Of a stretch of 64,000 bases of DNA, positions 22,122-32,518 are shown one piece after another. Numbering within the stretch: position 1 is the first letter of the stretch; each line of letters opens with the position of its first letter. The stretch comes from Candidatus Dormiibacterota bacterium (GTDB lineage Bacteria; Chloroflexota; Dormibacteria; Aeolococcales; Aeolococcaceae): contig CAVPXI010000006.1 of NCBI GenBank assembly GCA_963709585.1, forward strand, positions 273,268 to 337,267, written 5' to 3'. Made by a program: the position numbers and the translations under genes. The notes under the pieces are model-generated. The model did not search any database, had not been told where the DNA came from, and saw nothing but the letters and a program-made list of their open reading frames with translations.

Positions 22122-23495
22122 ATGGCGTATCTCCCCAACTCCGATGCCGAACGTCGCGAGATGCTCGATGCGGTCGGGGCGGCGTCGGACGCGGACCTGT
22201 TCACCACGGTTCCAGCCGTCCTGCGCAACCCTCGCATCGACCTCCCGCCCCCGCTCTCCGAGCAGGACCTGGTCGCCGAGCTCGAACGGCTCGCCGCGCG
22301 AAACCGATCGCTGAGCGTCTTCGACAGCTTCCTGGGCGCCGGCGTCTATCGCCGCTTCAGCCCGGCAATCGTGCGCGGCACGATCTCGCGGCCCGAGTTC
22401 TACACGGCGTACACGCCGTACCAGGCCGAGGCGTCGCAGGGGACCCTGCAGACGATCTTCGAGTTCCAGTCGATGATCTGCGCGTTGACCGGGCTCGACG
22501 TCGCCAACGCCTCGCTCTACGACGGCGCCACCGCAGCCGCGGAGGCGATGGTCATCGCCGTCCAGGCGACCGGTCGCACCCGTATCGCCGTCGCCGACAG
22601 CGTCCATCCCGAGACCATCGCCGTGCTCCGCACCTTCGGCGAAGGACGGCATATCGCCATCGATGTGATCGCAACCGGCGACGGGGTGCTCGCGCTCGAG
22701 ACCGTTCGCGAGACGCTCACCGCGGAGCACGCCGCGCTCCTGGTGCAGTACCCGAGCTTCGCGGGCACGATCCAGGACCTCGCACCGCTCGCCCAGGCCG
22801 CCCACGATGCCGGCGCTCTGGCCATCTGCGCGACCGACCTGCACGCCTGCGCGCTCCTGACGCCCCCCGGTGAGAGCGGATTCGATGTCGCCGTCGGGGA
22901 CGGACAGCCACTCGGTATCCCGGCCTCGTTCGGCGGACCGCACGTCGGCTTCATGGCGGTCGCGCAGGCGCAGATGCGACGTATCCCGGGTCGCCTCGTC
23001 GGCATGACGTTGGACCACAACGAGCGGCGCGCCTACACCCTGACCCTGCAGGCGCGGGAGCAGCACATCCGCCGCGAGCACGCGACTTCCAACATCTGCA
23101 CCAACCACGCGCTGATCGCGCTCGCCGCCACGGTGTACATGGCGCACATGGGCGCCGGCGGGATGCGTGCGGTTGCCGAGGTGAGCGCACAGCGCGCCCA
23201 CCACCTTGCGGATCGCCTCAGCGCCATCGACGGACTCTCGCTCGCCAATCCGTCGACTCCCTTTCTCTGGGAGTTCGTGCTACGCACGCCTGGCAGCGCG
23301 TCGTCGTTCGCGAGCGCGTTGCGTCAGCGTGGCATCGTCGCGGGATTGCCGCTTGGACGCATCGACGCCACGCGTGAGAACGAGCTGCTCGTGTGTTGCA
23401 CCGAGCTCACGACCCCGGCGGCGATCGACCGTTACGCCGCCGCGGCTGCAGCCGTGGTTGCCGCGGAACGCACAGTTGCGATGGCACACGCATGA
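22122..23495 (+). CDS. gcvPA: Glycine dehydrogenase (decarboxylating) subunit 1
   Basis: FLGAG, YTAYTPYQAEASQG, NASLYDGATA, FGGPH, REQHIRRE.ATSNICTN. Confidence 0.95.
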   Translation: MAYLPNSDAERREMLDAVGAASDADLFTTVPAVLRNPRIDLPPPLSEQDLVAELERLAARNRSLSVFDSFLGAGVYRRFSPAIVRGTISRPEFYTAYTPYQAEASQGTLQTIFEFQSMICALTGLDVANASLYDGATAAAEAMVIAVQATGRTRIAVADSVHPETIAVLRTFGEGRHIAIDVIATGDGVLALETVRETLTAEHAALLVQYPSFAGTIQDLAPLAQAAHDAGALAICATDLHACALLTPPGESGFDVAVGDGQPLGIPASFGGPHVGFMAVAQAQMRRIPGRLVGMTLDHNERRAYTLTLQAREQHIRREHATSNICTNHALIALAATVYMAHMGAGGMRAVAEVSAQRAHHLADRLSAIDGLSLANPSTPFLWEFVLRTPGSASSFASALRQRGIVAGLPLGRIDATRENELLVCCTELTTPAAIDRYAAAAAAVVAAERTVAMAHA

Positions 23496-24984
23496 ACGGC
23501 GCGATTCCCGACGTGACCCGGGAGGCCAGGTGGGCGGTTGACGAGCCGCTCGTCTTCGAGCTGAGCACCAACTACACGAGCGGCCCCGCAGTGACCGCCG
23601 CCGGCGTTCCGCCGACCGGCGGCCCCACGTCGGTGCCTGAGTCGCTGCTGCGCACCACGCCGCCGACCGTGCCCGCGGTGCCGGAAGCCGTGCTCGCGCG
23701 CCATTTCGGACGCCTTGCGCGGCGCAATCACAACCTCCACGAGGGGATGTACCCGCTCGGCTCGTGCACGATGAAGTACAACCCCGTGGTCGACGAGCAG
23801 CTCGCGTGGCTCGACGGCTTTGCGCAGTTGCACCCGTACCAGGACGAGGGGGACACCCAGGGCGCGCTGCAGTTGATGTGGGAGCTTGACCGCCTGCTCG
23901 CGTCGATCACCGGCATGGCGCGCATGTCACTCCAGCCCGCGGCCGGCGCGCACGGTGAGTGGACGGGTCTGCGCATGATCCAGGCGTACCACGCCGATCG
24001 TGGGGACACAGCTCGCACCCGCGTGCTCATCCCCGACTCGGCCCACGGCACCAACCCCGCGTCGGCCGCGGCGTGCGGCCTCGAGGTCGTGACCGTGAAG
24101 AGCAACCACGATGGCACGGTCGACGTCGAGGATTTCTCGAGCCACCTCGACGCCACCGTGGCGGCGGTGATGCTCACCAATCCCAACACGCTCGGCGTCT
24201 TCGAGAAGGACATCGTGGAGATCGCCAAGCTCGGCACACGACGCCGGAGCGCTGGTGTACTACGACGGCGCGAACCTCAACGCGCTGGTCGGGATGGCGC
24301 GCCCGGGCGACATGGGCTTCGACGTCGTCCACCTCAACCTGCACAAGACGTTCTCGACCCCCCACGGTGGCGGCGGTCCCGGGGCCGGGCCGGTGGGCGT
24401 GGGCGATCGCCTGGTCGACTTCCTGCCGACCCCAACCGTCGAACGCGATGGCGAGCGTTACTTCCTCGACTACCAACGGCCGAAGAGCGTCGGGAAGGTG
24501 CGCTCCTACTACGGCAACTTCGGGATGCTCGTCCGCGCCTACGCGTATATCCGCGCCTACGGCGACCATCTTCCCTGGGTCGCGCGCGACGCGGTGCTCA
24601 ACGCGCGCTACCTGCAGTCAAAGCTGGCCGGCCTGTTCGCAATGGCGGTCGAAACCCCATGCATGCACGAGTTCGTCGCCACCACCAAGGGCGGCCGTGT
24701 CGAGGGATTGCGCGCCATGGATGTCGCCAAGCGCCTGCTTGACTACGGGGTGTACGCGCCGACGGTGTACTTCCCGCTCACCGTTCCCGAGGCGCTGATG
24801 TTCGAGCCCACCGAAACCGAGTTCGAAGCAGAGCCTGGACGCATTCGCCGGCATCTGCGCGGCCATCGTCGACGAGGCGGAACGCGACCTCGCGTTCGTG
24901 CAGAACGCGCCTCATGACACCCCGGTGAGCCGCGTCGATGAGGTGCGCGCGGCGCGCCACCCCGTCTTGCGCTGGACTCCGTGA
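23492..24984 (+). CDS. gcvPB: Glycine dehydrogenase subunit 2, with two 1-nt insertions (about 24233 and 24822)
   Basis: [59 protein letters not shown]; removing one base at each site gives a continuous ORF ending [10 protein letters not shown]. Confidence 0.9.
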
Positions 24985-25556
24985 CGACCGCGACCGACAC
25001 CGACCTGCGTGAGGAGCTGCGCGAGCTCGTCGCCGTCAGGGCGTTCACGTACGGGACCTTCACGCTCACCAGTGGTCGCAGCAGCGATTACTACGTCGAC
25101 GGCAAGCAGGTGACGCTCGACGGACGCGGGCTGTATCTGGTGGCGCGCTTCACGCTCGAGCATTGCCGCGAGCAGGGCATCGATGCGGTCGGCGGGTTGA
25201 CGCTGGGCGCGGACCCGATTGCCGCCGCGACCGCTGCGCTGAGTGGCGACACCGATCATCCGTTGACAGCCTTCATCGTCCGCAAGGAGGTCAAGGCGCA
25301 CGGCACCGGTCGCGCCATCGAGGGACCTGACCTGCGCCCAGGCCTGCGCGTGTTGCTCGTCGACGACACCATGACCACCGGCGGCACCTTCCTCCAGGCG
25401 CAGGAAGCAGTCGTGGCCACGGGTGCGACGATCGCCGGCGCACTCTGCGTCGTCGATCGCGAGGAGGGAGGGCGCGAGGCTCTCGAAGCTGCGGGGATCA
25501 CGCTGCATGCGCTGTTTCAGCGCAGCGAGTTCAGCCCCCGAAAATCCCCCGCATAA
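24981..25556 (+). CDS. pyrE: Orotate phosphoribosyltransferase
   Basis: FTLTSGRSSDYYVD, RKEVKAHG, LVDDTMTTGGT, VDREEG. Confidence 0.93.
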   Translation: MTTATDTDLREELRELVAVRAFTYGTFTLTSGRSSDYYVDGKQVTLDGRGLYLVARFTLEHCREQGIDAVGGLTLGADPIAAATAALSGDTDHPLTAFIVRKEVKAHGTGRAIEGPDLRPGLRVLLVDDTMTTGGTFLQAQEAVVATGATIAGALCVVDREEGGREALEAAGITLHALFQRSEFSPRKSPA

Positions 25557-26289
25557 CGCCACCGGTGACCGCGCCCGCGGCACCCGCCTCCACCGCCTGA
25601 CCCGGCGAGAACTCACCGAGCGACTGCGCGAGCTTCTGGAGGGGTAGGGACTGCAGCCACACGCGGCCCGGTCCGGTGAGCAGCGCCAGGAAGATGCCGT
25701 CGCCACCGAAGATCTTGTTCTTGATGCCCTTGATGGTCGTGATGCTGAACTGCACGGTGTCCTGGAACAGACCGACGTGGGCCGGGTGCACGCGCAGGCT
25801 CTCGCCCGGCTTCAGGTCGTAGGTCAGGACCTCGCCGCTGAGCTCACACCACGCGCGTCCCTGGCCGGTGATCTTCTCGAGCCGGAACCCGTCACCGCCG
25901 AACAATCCAGCACCGAGGTGCTGCTGGAATCCGACCGAGAGCTGGACTCCGTGAACCCCGCAGACGAATGAATGCCGGTGTCCGAGGAAGCCCATTCCCG
26001 GTTGGGGCGCGACGTCGAGCGGAAAGATCATGCCGGGGAGACGGGCCGCGAAGGCGACCATGCCCGGTTGTCCCTGCGCCGAGTATTCGCTCATGAAGAT
26101 CGAGCTGCCCCCGAGGGCGCGCTTGAACACGCCCCCGACGCCGCCAGCACCGCCCATCTGGGTCGAGGTCTGCATGACGATCGACTGCGTCATCCAGGAG
26201 AGCTCTCCAGACTCGGAGAAGATCGCCTCGCCCGGGTCGAGGGTGATCTCGAGTACGGGCATGGTGGAGCCGATGATCCGGTCCTGCAT
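25531..26289 (-). CDS. AIM24/TIGR00266-family protein
   Basis: L.PGE...SESG, LFGGDGF, TGPGRVWLQSLP. Confidence 0.88.
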   Translation of the reverse strand: MQDRIIGSTMPVLEITLDPGEAIFSESGELSWMTQSIVMQTSTQMGGAGGVGGVFKRALGGSSIFMSEYSAQGQPGMVAFAARLPGMIFPLDVAPQPGMGFLGHRHSFVCGVHGVQLSVGFQQHLGAGLFGGDGFRLEKITGQGRAWCELSGEVLTYDLKPGESLRVHPAHVGLFQDTVQFSITTIKGIKNKIFGGDGIFLALLTGPGRVWLQSLPLQKLAQSLGEFSPGQAVEAGAAGAVTGGVMRGIFGG

Positions 26290-26355
26290 CAGATAGTCCT
26301 CCCAGCTGCTGGTGTCGTGCGGAGTTTATCCGGGCGTAGTGCCATCGGAAGCGAT

Positions 26356-27579
26356 TCAGGCCAAACCGCGTCCCTGGTGGTCGAATCGGGTGTGGTGCTC
26401 TCCCAGGAGGTCGGCGCCGTAGTCACCGCCATTCGGCGTGCGAATGATGGTGTGGATGTGATGCCGCGACGGCTCGGGATTGTCGAATGCCACACCGGGA
26501 AGGTGCTCGAACTCGATCAGCACGACGGGGCTGTGCAGCCGGTAGTAGAAGGGGTCGGTGGGACCGGTGCCGCCCATCCAGGCGAACCAGGTCTCGTCGA
26601 GATGCTGGGCAACTTCGGCCATCTTCACCGTTGCGTAGCCTTCCTCCGTCCACCCGACATAGGCGCCGACCGCGTCCACCAGTCTGGCCCGCTGGGCATC
26701 CGAGAAGCCGTCGGCTCGGATACCGCAGTCTGGAACCACGGCGTTGTCGCGGAAGGCACCGGTCTGCGTCAGGTTGTCGACTGGATGCCGCAAGTGGGCT
26801 GGAACTGCCTCCGGCATGATCGACGCATATCGGACCGCCGCCTGTTGCTGATCGGCATCGAGCGACCGGATCAGGTCGAGGCCGGCACGCTCCTCGACAT
26901 CGAGCACTCGAATCCCGGCAAATTGACCGGCTCGGCCTGCGCACGGCTCAGAACCCATGAATATCGGCGTCATCGCCAATTCGTTGCCGACGACGACGCA
27001 ATTGATCGCCAGGTGGTGCCCGTCGAATTGGAATCCCCACGGCGCATCCACAGCGGGCACGCCAAAGAAGGACGCGAAATACGGCCACTCCCCGTAATCT
27101 TCGGCCCGTCCGGTCAACTCGGCCAGCAGGTCATTGAGGCGCATGATCCCGCGAGCCTGCGAATAGCCACGGGTCGACAGCGTGACCCGGAGCAAGTCGA
27201 GGAATGCGTTCCGCTGAATTGTCGAGAGCTCCTCGAGCATGACGCCGTGTCGATACACGTTGATGTGCGGGTTGAACCATGTCCGCCATTGGTTCGACCC
27301 AAACGGAAAGCTCAAGCGCGAGCGCGTCGGTGTGTCCAACAAACCCAGAAATCGCGCGGCAGCCTCTCGGATCGCTTCGGTCGCCACGCCTGTGCGCATC
27401 CGGCTGCGAGTTGGAACGACACCATCGGTCGTGACCCCGCGGAATGGTTCAGCGAGCGCGGCATCGTTCTCTGCGAGAAACGGCGCAAAGATCTGAGCCA
27501 CTTCCGGAATCTCTCGAACCGGCGAACGCGCCGACATCGACGGGGCCTCGCGAACACCGAACTCGGTCCAATCGCTCAA
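26356..27579 (-). CDS. DUF3500-like protein
   Basis: WGFQFDGHHLAIN, TPIFMGSEP, FAWMG, YYRLHSP.VLIEF, HIHTIIRTPNGGDYG; start uncertain (27579 TTG or 27537 ATG). Confidence 0.8.
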   Translation of the reverse strand: MSDWTEFGVREAPSMSARSPVREIPEVAQIFAPFLAENDAALAEPFRGVTTDGVVPTRSRMRTGVATEAIREAAARFLGLLDTPTRSRLSFPFGSNQWRTWFNPHINVYRHGVMLEELSTIQRNAFLDLLRVTLSTRGYSQARGIMRLNDLLAELTGRAEDYGEWPYFASFFGVPAVDAPWGFQFDGHHLAINCVVVGNELAMTPIFMGSEPCAGRAGQFAGIRVLDVEERAGLDLIRSLDADQQQAAVRYASIMPEAVPAHLRHPVDNLTQTGAFRDNAVVPDCGIRADGFSDAQRARLVDAVGAYVGWTEEGYATVKMAEVAQHLDETWFAWMGGTGPTDPFYYRLHSPVVLIEFEHLPGVAFDNPEPSRHHIHTIIRTPNGGDYGADLLGEHHTRFDHQGRGLA

Positions 27580-27753
27580 TCTCTCGCTCCGTCTCGGTAC
27601 AACTCATGCTGATCGAGACCGAAGATCCGGCCGCGAACGGCAAAGCGCAAGGTTACCTGTCTGGCGGGGGTCGGCACGGAACACCAAAGGGAATCCCTTC
27701 GCCCTTGGTGGTGGGTACCATTCCGGACGATCGGGCTTTGGTAGGAGGCGCGG

Positions 27754-30700
27754 GTGGTCTGTTCCAACTGCGGTGGTAGCAATGCTCCCGAGCGCAAGTT
27801 CTGTGGCGAATGCGGGGTAGCCCTGGCTCGGGTCTGCGCAGCGTGCGGTGCAGCGAATGCAGTTGCCGTCAAATTCTGCGGTGAGTGCGGAGCCCCCATG
27901 GGAGCGCTCGGCGAGGCGGACCAAACCGCACCACCAAGACCTGCCGCGCCTGTTCATCGGCCCGCCGCCGTCGTTGCCGAGATCCGTTTGGTCTCGGTGC
28001 TGTTCGCGGACCTCGTCGGGTTCACAGCGCTCTCGGAGTCTCGGGATCCTGAGGAGGTACGGGAGCTGCTGTCCCGGTACTTCGACGTCTGCCGTGAGCT
28101 GATCGAGCGCTACGGGGGCACGGTCGAGAAGTTCATCGGGGATGCTGTCATGGCGGTGTGGGGCGCACCGGCGGCCACGGAGGATGACGCCGAGCGAGCG
28201 GTGCGGACCGCGCTGGAACTGGTTGCGGCGGTAGCGTCGCTCGGCGCCGAGGTCGGCGCCCCCACCCTGCGCGCCCGGGCGGGAGTGCTGACCGGAGAAG
28301 CAGCGGTGACGCTGGGCGCAACCGGCCAGGGCATGGTCGCCGGGGACCTGGTGAACACCGCGTCCCGTTTGCAGGCCGCTGCCGAGCCGGGCAGCGTGCT
28401 GGTGGGCGAGGCGACCAGGCGCGCCGCCGGCCAGGCGATCGCCTTCACCGACCTCGACCCGCTCACCCTCAAGGGCAAGGCGGAGCCGGTACCGGTCTGG
28501 CGGGCCGAGCGAGTGGTGGCCCAGCGCCGAGGGGTGGGCCGATCAGAGCGAGCCGAGCCGCCCTTTGTCGGCCGGGAGGAGGAGCTCCGTCTCCTCAAGG
28601 AGTTACTCCACGCCACCATTCGAGAGCAGCGTGTCCGACTGGTGTCGGCGACCGGTCTCGCCGGGATCGGCAAGAGCCGTCTCGCGTGGGAGTTCCTCAA
28701 ATACGTGGACGGTCTGGCCGCCACCGTCTACTGGCAGCAGGGCCGCTCCCCGTCCTACGGTGAGGGGATCACCTTCTGGGCGCTCGGGGAGATGGTTCGC
28801 ATGCGGGCGGGGATCACCGAGGGTGAGGATCCCTCCGAGGCGCGCGCCAAACTGGCCGCCTCGGTGGGCGAGTTCGTCTCGGAGCCAGAGGAACGCCGCT
28901 GGGTGGAGCAGGCGCTCGGCTCCCTGCTGGGGCTCGCCGACGCGCCCGGCGGCGACCGCGAGGAGCTCTTCTCCGCCTGGCGCACCTTCTTCGAGCGCAT
29001 CGCCGAACGCGGTCCGACGGTGCTGGTGTTCGAGGATCTGCAATGGGCGGACCCTGGATTGATCGACTTCATAGAGTCGATCGTCGAGTGGTCGCGGACC
29101 CGGGCCATCTTCGTGCTCACCCTGTCGCGACCGGAGCTGCTCCAGCGGCGCCCCACCTGGGGGGCGGGGCAACGCTCATTCACCGCCCTGCACCTCGAGC
29201 CGCTGGCGCCGGGGGCAATGGCAGCGTTGCTGCGTGGCTTCGTCGCGGGGCTGCCGGAGAGGGTGGTGGAGCAGGTGCTGCAGCGCGCCGAAGGAGTGCC
29301 CCTCTATGCCGTGGAGACGATCCGGATGATGGTCGACAGAGGGCAGTTGGCGGAACGCGACGGGGTGCTGACCGTGACGGGAACGCTCGGGGCGCTCGAG
29401 ATTCCCGACACGCTGCATGCGCTCATCGCATCTCGCCTCGACGGGGTGTCTCCCGTCGAACGGTCACTGCTTCAGGACGCCGCCGTGCTCGGTCAGAGCT
29501 GCTCGATCTCCGCGCTGGCGGCGGTGTCGGGCCGAGACCCCGCCGCCCTTGCGACGCCGCTTAGGGACCTGGTGCGCAAGGAATTGCTGGCGCTCGACAC
29601 CGACCCCCGCTCCCCGGAGCGAGGCCAGTACGGCTTCGTCCAGGGGCTGATCCGGGAGGTCGCCTATGGCACGCTGGCGAAGCCGGAGCGCCGGGCCAAG
29701 CATGTCGCCGCAGCCGGGTACTTCGAGGGCTTGGATGACGAGGAGCTGGTGGGCGTAGTGGCGACGCACTACGCCGAAGCGCAGCGCGCCACCGCCGAGG
29801 GCCCGGAGCGGGACTCGCTGGCGGCACGGGCCCGTGAGTGGCTCACCCGCGCGGGGCGACGAGCATTGGCGCTGGGGTCGCCGGAGCAGGCCCTCACCTA
29901 CCTGGAGCAGGCGCTGGCGCTGACCCAGGACCCGGCGGAGCGGGCGGCGCTCCTGGACACAGCCGGCGACGCCGCCTTCCGAACCGACGCATTCGAGCGC
30001 GCTGTGGCTCACCTAGAGGCTGCGATCACGGCACACAGGGGCGCAGCGGACGCTGACGCCGTCGGTCGCAGCACAGCCCGGCTCGTCGAGGTTCTCGGCA
30101 TCGGACTGGAGCGAATCGCCGACGCCATCACCCGGGCGCAGGATGTCTTCACCGAGCTCGGAGATACGGGAAGCGAGCGAGCCCGAGCCGACCTGGCTGC
30201 CATGATTGCCTCACTGCGGAGCGGCTCCGGGGCGTCTGAGCAGGCCCTCGCCTGGGCGGAGACCGCCTGCACGCTCGCTGAACGCCTCGACGACACAGAT
30301 CTGCTTGGGCGCGCCATCGGTGCGAAGTCCGCAGTGCTGTTCCGTGTCGGGCGCCACCGTGAGGCCGTGATGCTGGCTCGCGGGCGCATGGCCCTCGCCG
30401 AGTCCGCCGGCTCCCTCGTCGAGCAGGCGTTGGCGAGCCTGTACGTGTCCATCTTTGCGCTCGATGAGGATCCCCGCGAGGCGATCAGACTGCAGCTCAC
30501 GTCGGCTGAACTGGCGCGACGAGCCGGCGTTCGCAACCTCGAGACCGTGAACCTGCTTAACGCCGCGGAGGGAGCGACCAACCTGGGGCAATGGGACGAC
30601 GCCCGAGCGGCGCTGATCGCCCTCCGCCAGCGGGAGCTGCCCAGTCCACGCCAAACCCAGCTCGAGCTCTGCGAAGCGGTGCTGACGGCGCTCAGCGGGG

Positions 30701-31266
30701 ACACTGCCCTTGCCTTCGAGCGGCTGGAGGCGACCGCCGACGCCGATGGGAGCGAGGACATGACGGCGCGCGCCAACGGCCATCTTGCTCGAGCCGAAGT
30801 GTTTCTGGCCACCGGCGATCTCGAAACGGCCCACCGTCACGCATCCGCCGCGCTGGCGGCTGAGCCGTCGGGGATCAACAGCCCAGCGGCTCTGGCGATC
30901 CAACAGCGCGCAGCACTGTGGCTGGGCGACCTCGAGCGAGCTCGCGAAGCGCTCACAGGCATGCAGGCCTTTCGCGGCCGCTGGATGGCGGCAGTACGGA
31001 TGACTGCGGAGGCAGGGGTCGCGGCCCTCGAAGAGCGGCACGACGAGGCGGCGACGGCCTACGCCGGCGCCCTCGACGCCTGGCGCGCGATCAACTCGCC
31101 TCTCGATCTCGCCCTCTGCGCCCTCGACCGGGCAACACTCCGCGGGTCCGACCCCGCTGCGGGAGGCGAGGACGACGAGGCTCGAGAGATCTTCACCAGG
31201 ATCGGTGCCGCCCCGTTTCTCGCGCGACTCGATCGGGCCGCCGCCGCCGCACGCAAGGCCGGGTGA
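27754..31266 (+). CDS. Class III adenylate/guanylate cyclase fused to double Zn-ribbon, STAND-type AAA ATPase and TPR-like repeats
   Basis: CxxC/FCGECG twice; FADLVGFT, EKFIGD, GDLVNTASR; Walker A GLAGIGKS, Walker B LVFEDLQWAD, GVPLY; helical C-terminus; SD AGGAGG. Confidence 0.92.
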   Translation: MVCSNCGGSNAPERKFCGECGVALARVCAACGAANAVAVKFCGECGAPMGALGEADQTAPPRPAAPVHRPAAVVAEIRLVSVLFADLVGFTALSESRDPEEVRELLSRYFDVCRELIERYGGTVEKFIGDAVMAVWGAPAATEDDAERAVRTALELVAAVASLGAEVGAPTLRARAGVLTGEAAVTLGATGQGMVAGDLVNTASRLQAAAEPGSVLVGEATRRAAGQAIAFTDLDPLTLKGKAEPVPVWRAERVVAQRRGVGRSERAEPPFVGREEELRLLKELLHATIREQRVRLVSATGLAGIGKSRLAWEFLKYVDGLAATVYWQQGRSPSYGEGITFWALGEMVRMRAGITEGEDPSEARAKLAASVGEFVSEPEERRWVEQALGSLLGLADAPGGDREELFSAWRTFFERIAERGPTVLVFEDLQWADPGLIDFIESIVEWSRTRAIFVLTLSRPELLQRRPTWGAGQRSFTALHLEPLAPGAMAALLRGFVAGLPERVVEQVLQRAEGVPLYAVETIRMMVDRGQLAERDGVLTVTGTLGALEIPDTLHALIASRLDGVSPVERSLLQDAAVLGQSCSISALAAVSGRDPAALATPLRDLVRKELLALDTDPRSPERGQYGFVQGLIREVAYGTLAKPERRAKHVAAAGYFEGLDDEELVGVVATHYAEAQRATAEGPERDSLAARAREWLTRAGRRALALGSPEQALTYLEQALALTQDPAERAALLDTAGDAAFRTDAFERAVAHLEAAITAHRGAADADAVGRSTARLVEVLGIGLERIADAITRAQDVFTELGDTGSERARADLAAMIASLRSGSGASEQALAWAETACTLAERLDDTDLLGRAIGAKSAVLFRVGRHREAVMLARGRMALAESAGSLVEQALASLYVSIFALDEDPREAIRLQLTSAELARRAGVRNLETVNLLNAAEGATNLGQWDDARAALIALRQRELPSPRQTQLELCEAVLTALSGDTALAFERLEATADADGSEDMTARANGHLARAEVFLATGDLETAHRHASAALAAEPSGINSPAALAIQQRAALWLGDLERAREALTGMQAFRGRWMAAVRMTAEAGVAALEERHDEAATAYAGALDAWRAINSPLDLALCALDRATLRGSDPAAGGEDDEAREIFTRIGAAPFLARLDRAAAAARKAG

Positions 31267-31285
31267 TCCGTGCCGGGTCAGCCGA

Positions 31286-32479
31286 TCACAACCCCAGCGC
31301 CGTCTTGGCGATGATCTCCTTCATCACCTCGTCGGTGCCGCCGCCGATGCGGACGAGGCGCGAATCGCGGAAGTATCGGGAGATAGCGGTCTCGGCCATA
31401 TAGCCCATGCCGCCATGGAGTTGCAGACACGTGTCGGCGACGAGCGTCGTGACCCGTCCGACCAGGAGCTTCGCCATCGAGATCTCGGTCACCGGGTATT
31501 CGTCGCGGTTCCAGCGCTCGGCGACGCTGTAGACGAAGTTCTTGGCAACCGTGATCTCGGTGTAGAGGTCGACGAGCTTGTGGCGGTTGACCTGGAGTTT
31601 CCCGATCGGCCGGCCGAACGCCTCGCGCTCCTTGCACCACGCCAGGGTCTCCTCAAAGGCCACCTCGGCGCCGGCGATCGAGCCCGCAGAGCCGATCAGG
31701 CGCTCGCCCTGCAACTCCCACATCAGGTTGTAGAAACCCTGTCCGACCTCGCCGAGGACCGCGTCGTCATCGACCTCGACATCGTTGAAGGAAAGCTCGG
31801 CCGTGTCGCTCGAATGCATGCCGAGCTTCTTCAGCTTTCGCGAAACGGTGAAGCCCGGAAGGTTCTTGTCGACGAGGAACAGCGTGATCCCGTGAGCACC
31901 GTCAGCCTGCGCGCCGGTGCGCGCGACCAGCAGGATGAAGTCGCAACGCACCCCATTGGTGATGTAGAGCTTGCTGCCGTTGATCCGCCAGTGGCCGTCG
32001 ACGCGGTCGGCGCGGGTCCGGATGCTCGCGACGTCGCTGCCCGCGTCGGGTTCGGTGATGCCCAGCGCGGCGATCTTCTCCCCCTTGATCGCCGGGACGA
32101 GGTATCGCTGCTTCTGTTCCTCCGTGCCCCATTTGAGGATCGGGGGCGTGGCCATCTCGCTGTGCACGCTGATCGCCATGCCGACCCCGCCCGATCCGCA
32201 GCGGGCCATCTCCTCGGCGAGGACGATGGCGCTGAAGTAGTCGCCCCCCTGGCCGCCGTACTGTTCCGGATAGCGCAGTCCGAGCAGCCCGAGCTCGCCC
32301 ATCCGTGTGAACACGCTGTCCGGAAAGCCCTCGGCCGCCTCCCATTCATCGGCATGCGGGCGCAATTCCCTGGTCACGAAATCGCGCACCGTCTCCCGGA
32401 GGGCGTCGTGCTCGGCCGAGAAATGCAAGAGCGAACGCCTCCTGGGCTGGACGATTGACCGCGATGCCAATTCTGTCAC
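31286..32479 (-). CDS. Acyl-CoA dehydrogenase
   Basis: ITEPDAGSD, NGSKLYITN, KLG...SDT, REAFGRPI, QLHGGMGY, IGGGTDE. Confidence 0.95.
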   Translation of the reverse strand: MTELASRSIVQPRRRSLLHFSAEHDALRETVRDFVTRELRPHADEWEAAEGFPDSVFTRMGELGLLGLRYPEQYGGQGGDYFSAIVLAEEMARCGSGGVGMAISVHSEMATPPILKWGTEEQKQRYLVPAIKGEKIAALGITEPDAGSDVASIRTRADRVDGHWRINGSKLYITNGVRCDFILLVARTGAQADGAHGITLFLVDKNLPGFTVSRKLKKLGMHSSDTAELSFNDVEVDDDAVLGEVGQGFYNLMWELQGERLIGSAGSIAGAEVAFEETLAWCKEREAFGRPIGKLQVNRHKLVDLYTEITVAKNFVYSVAERWNRDEYPVTEISMAKLLVGRVTTLVADTCLQLHGGMGYMAETAISRYFRDSRLVRIGGGTDEVMKEIIAKTALGL

Positions 32480-32518
32480 GCGCCGATTGACGCCGAGGCT
32501 GCCCCTAGGATGGTGAGG

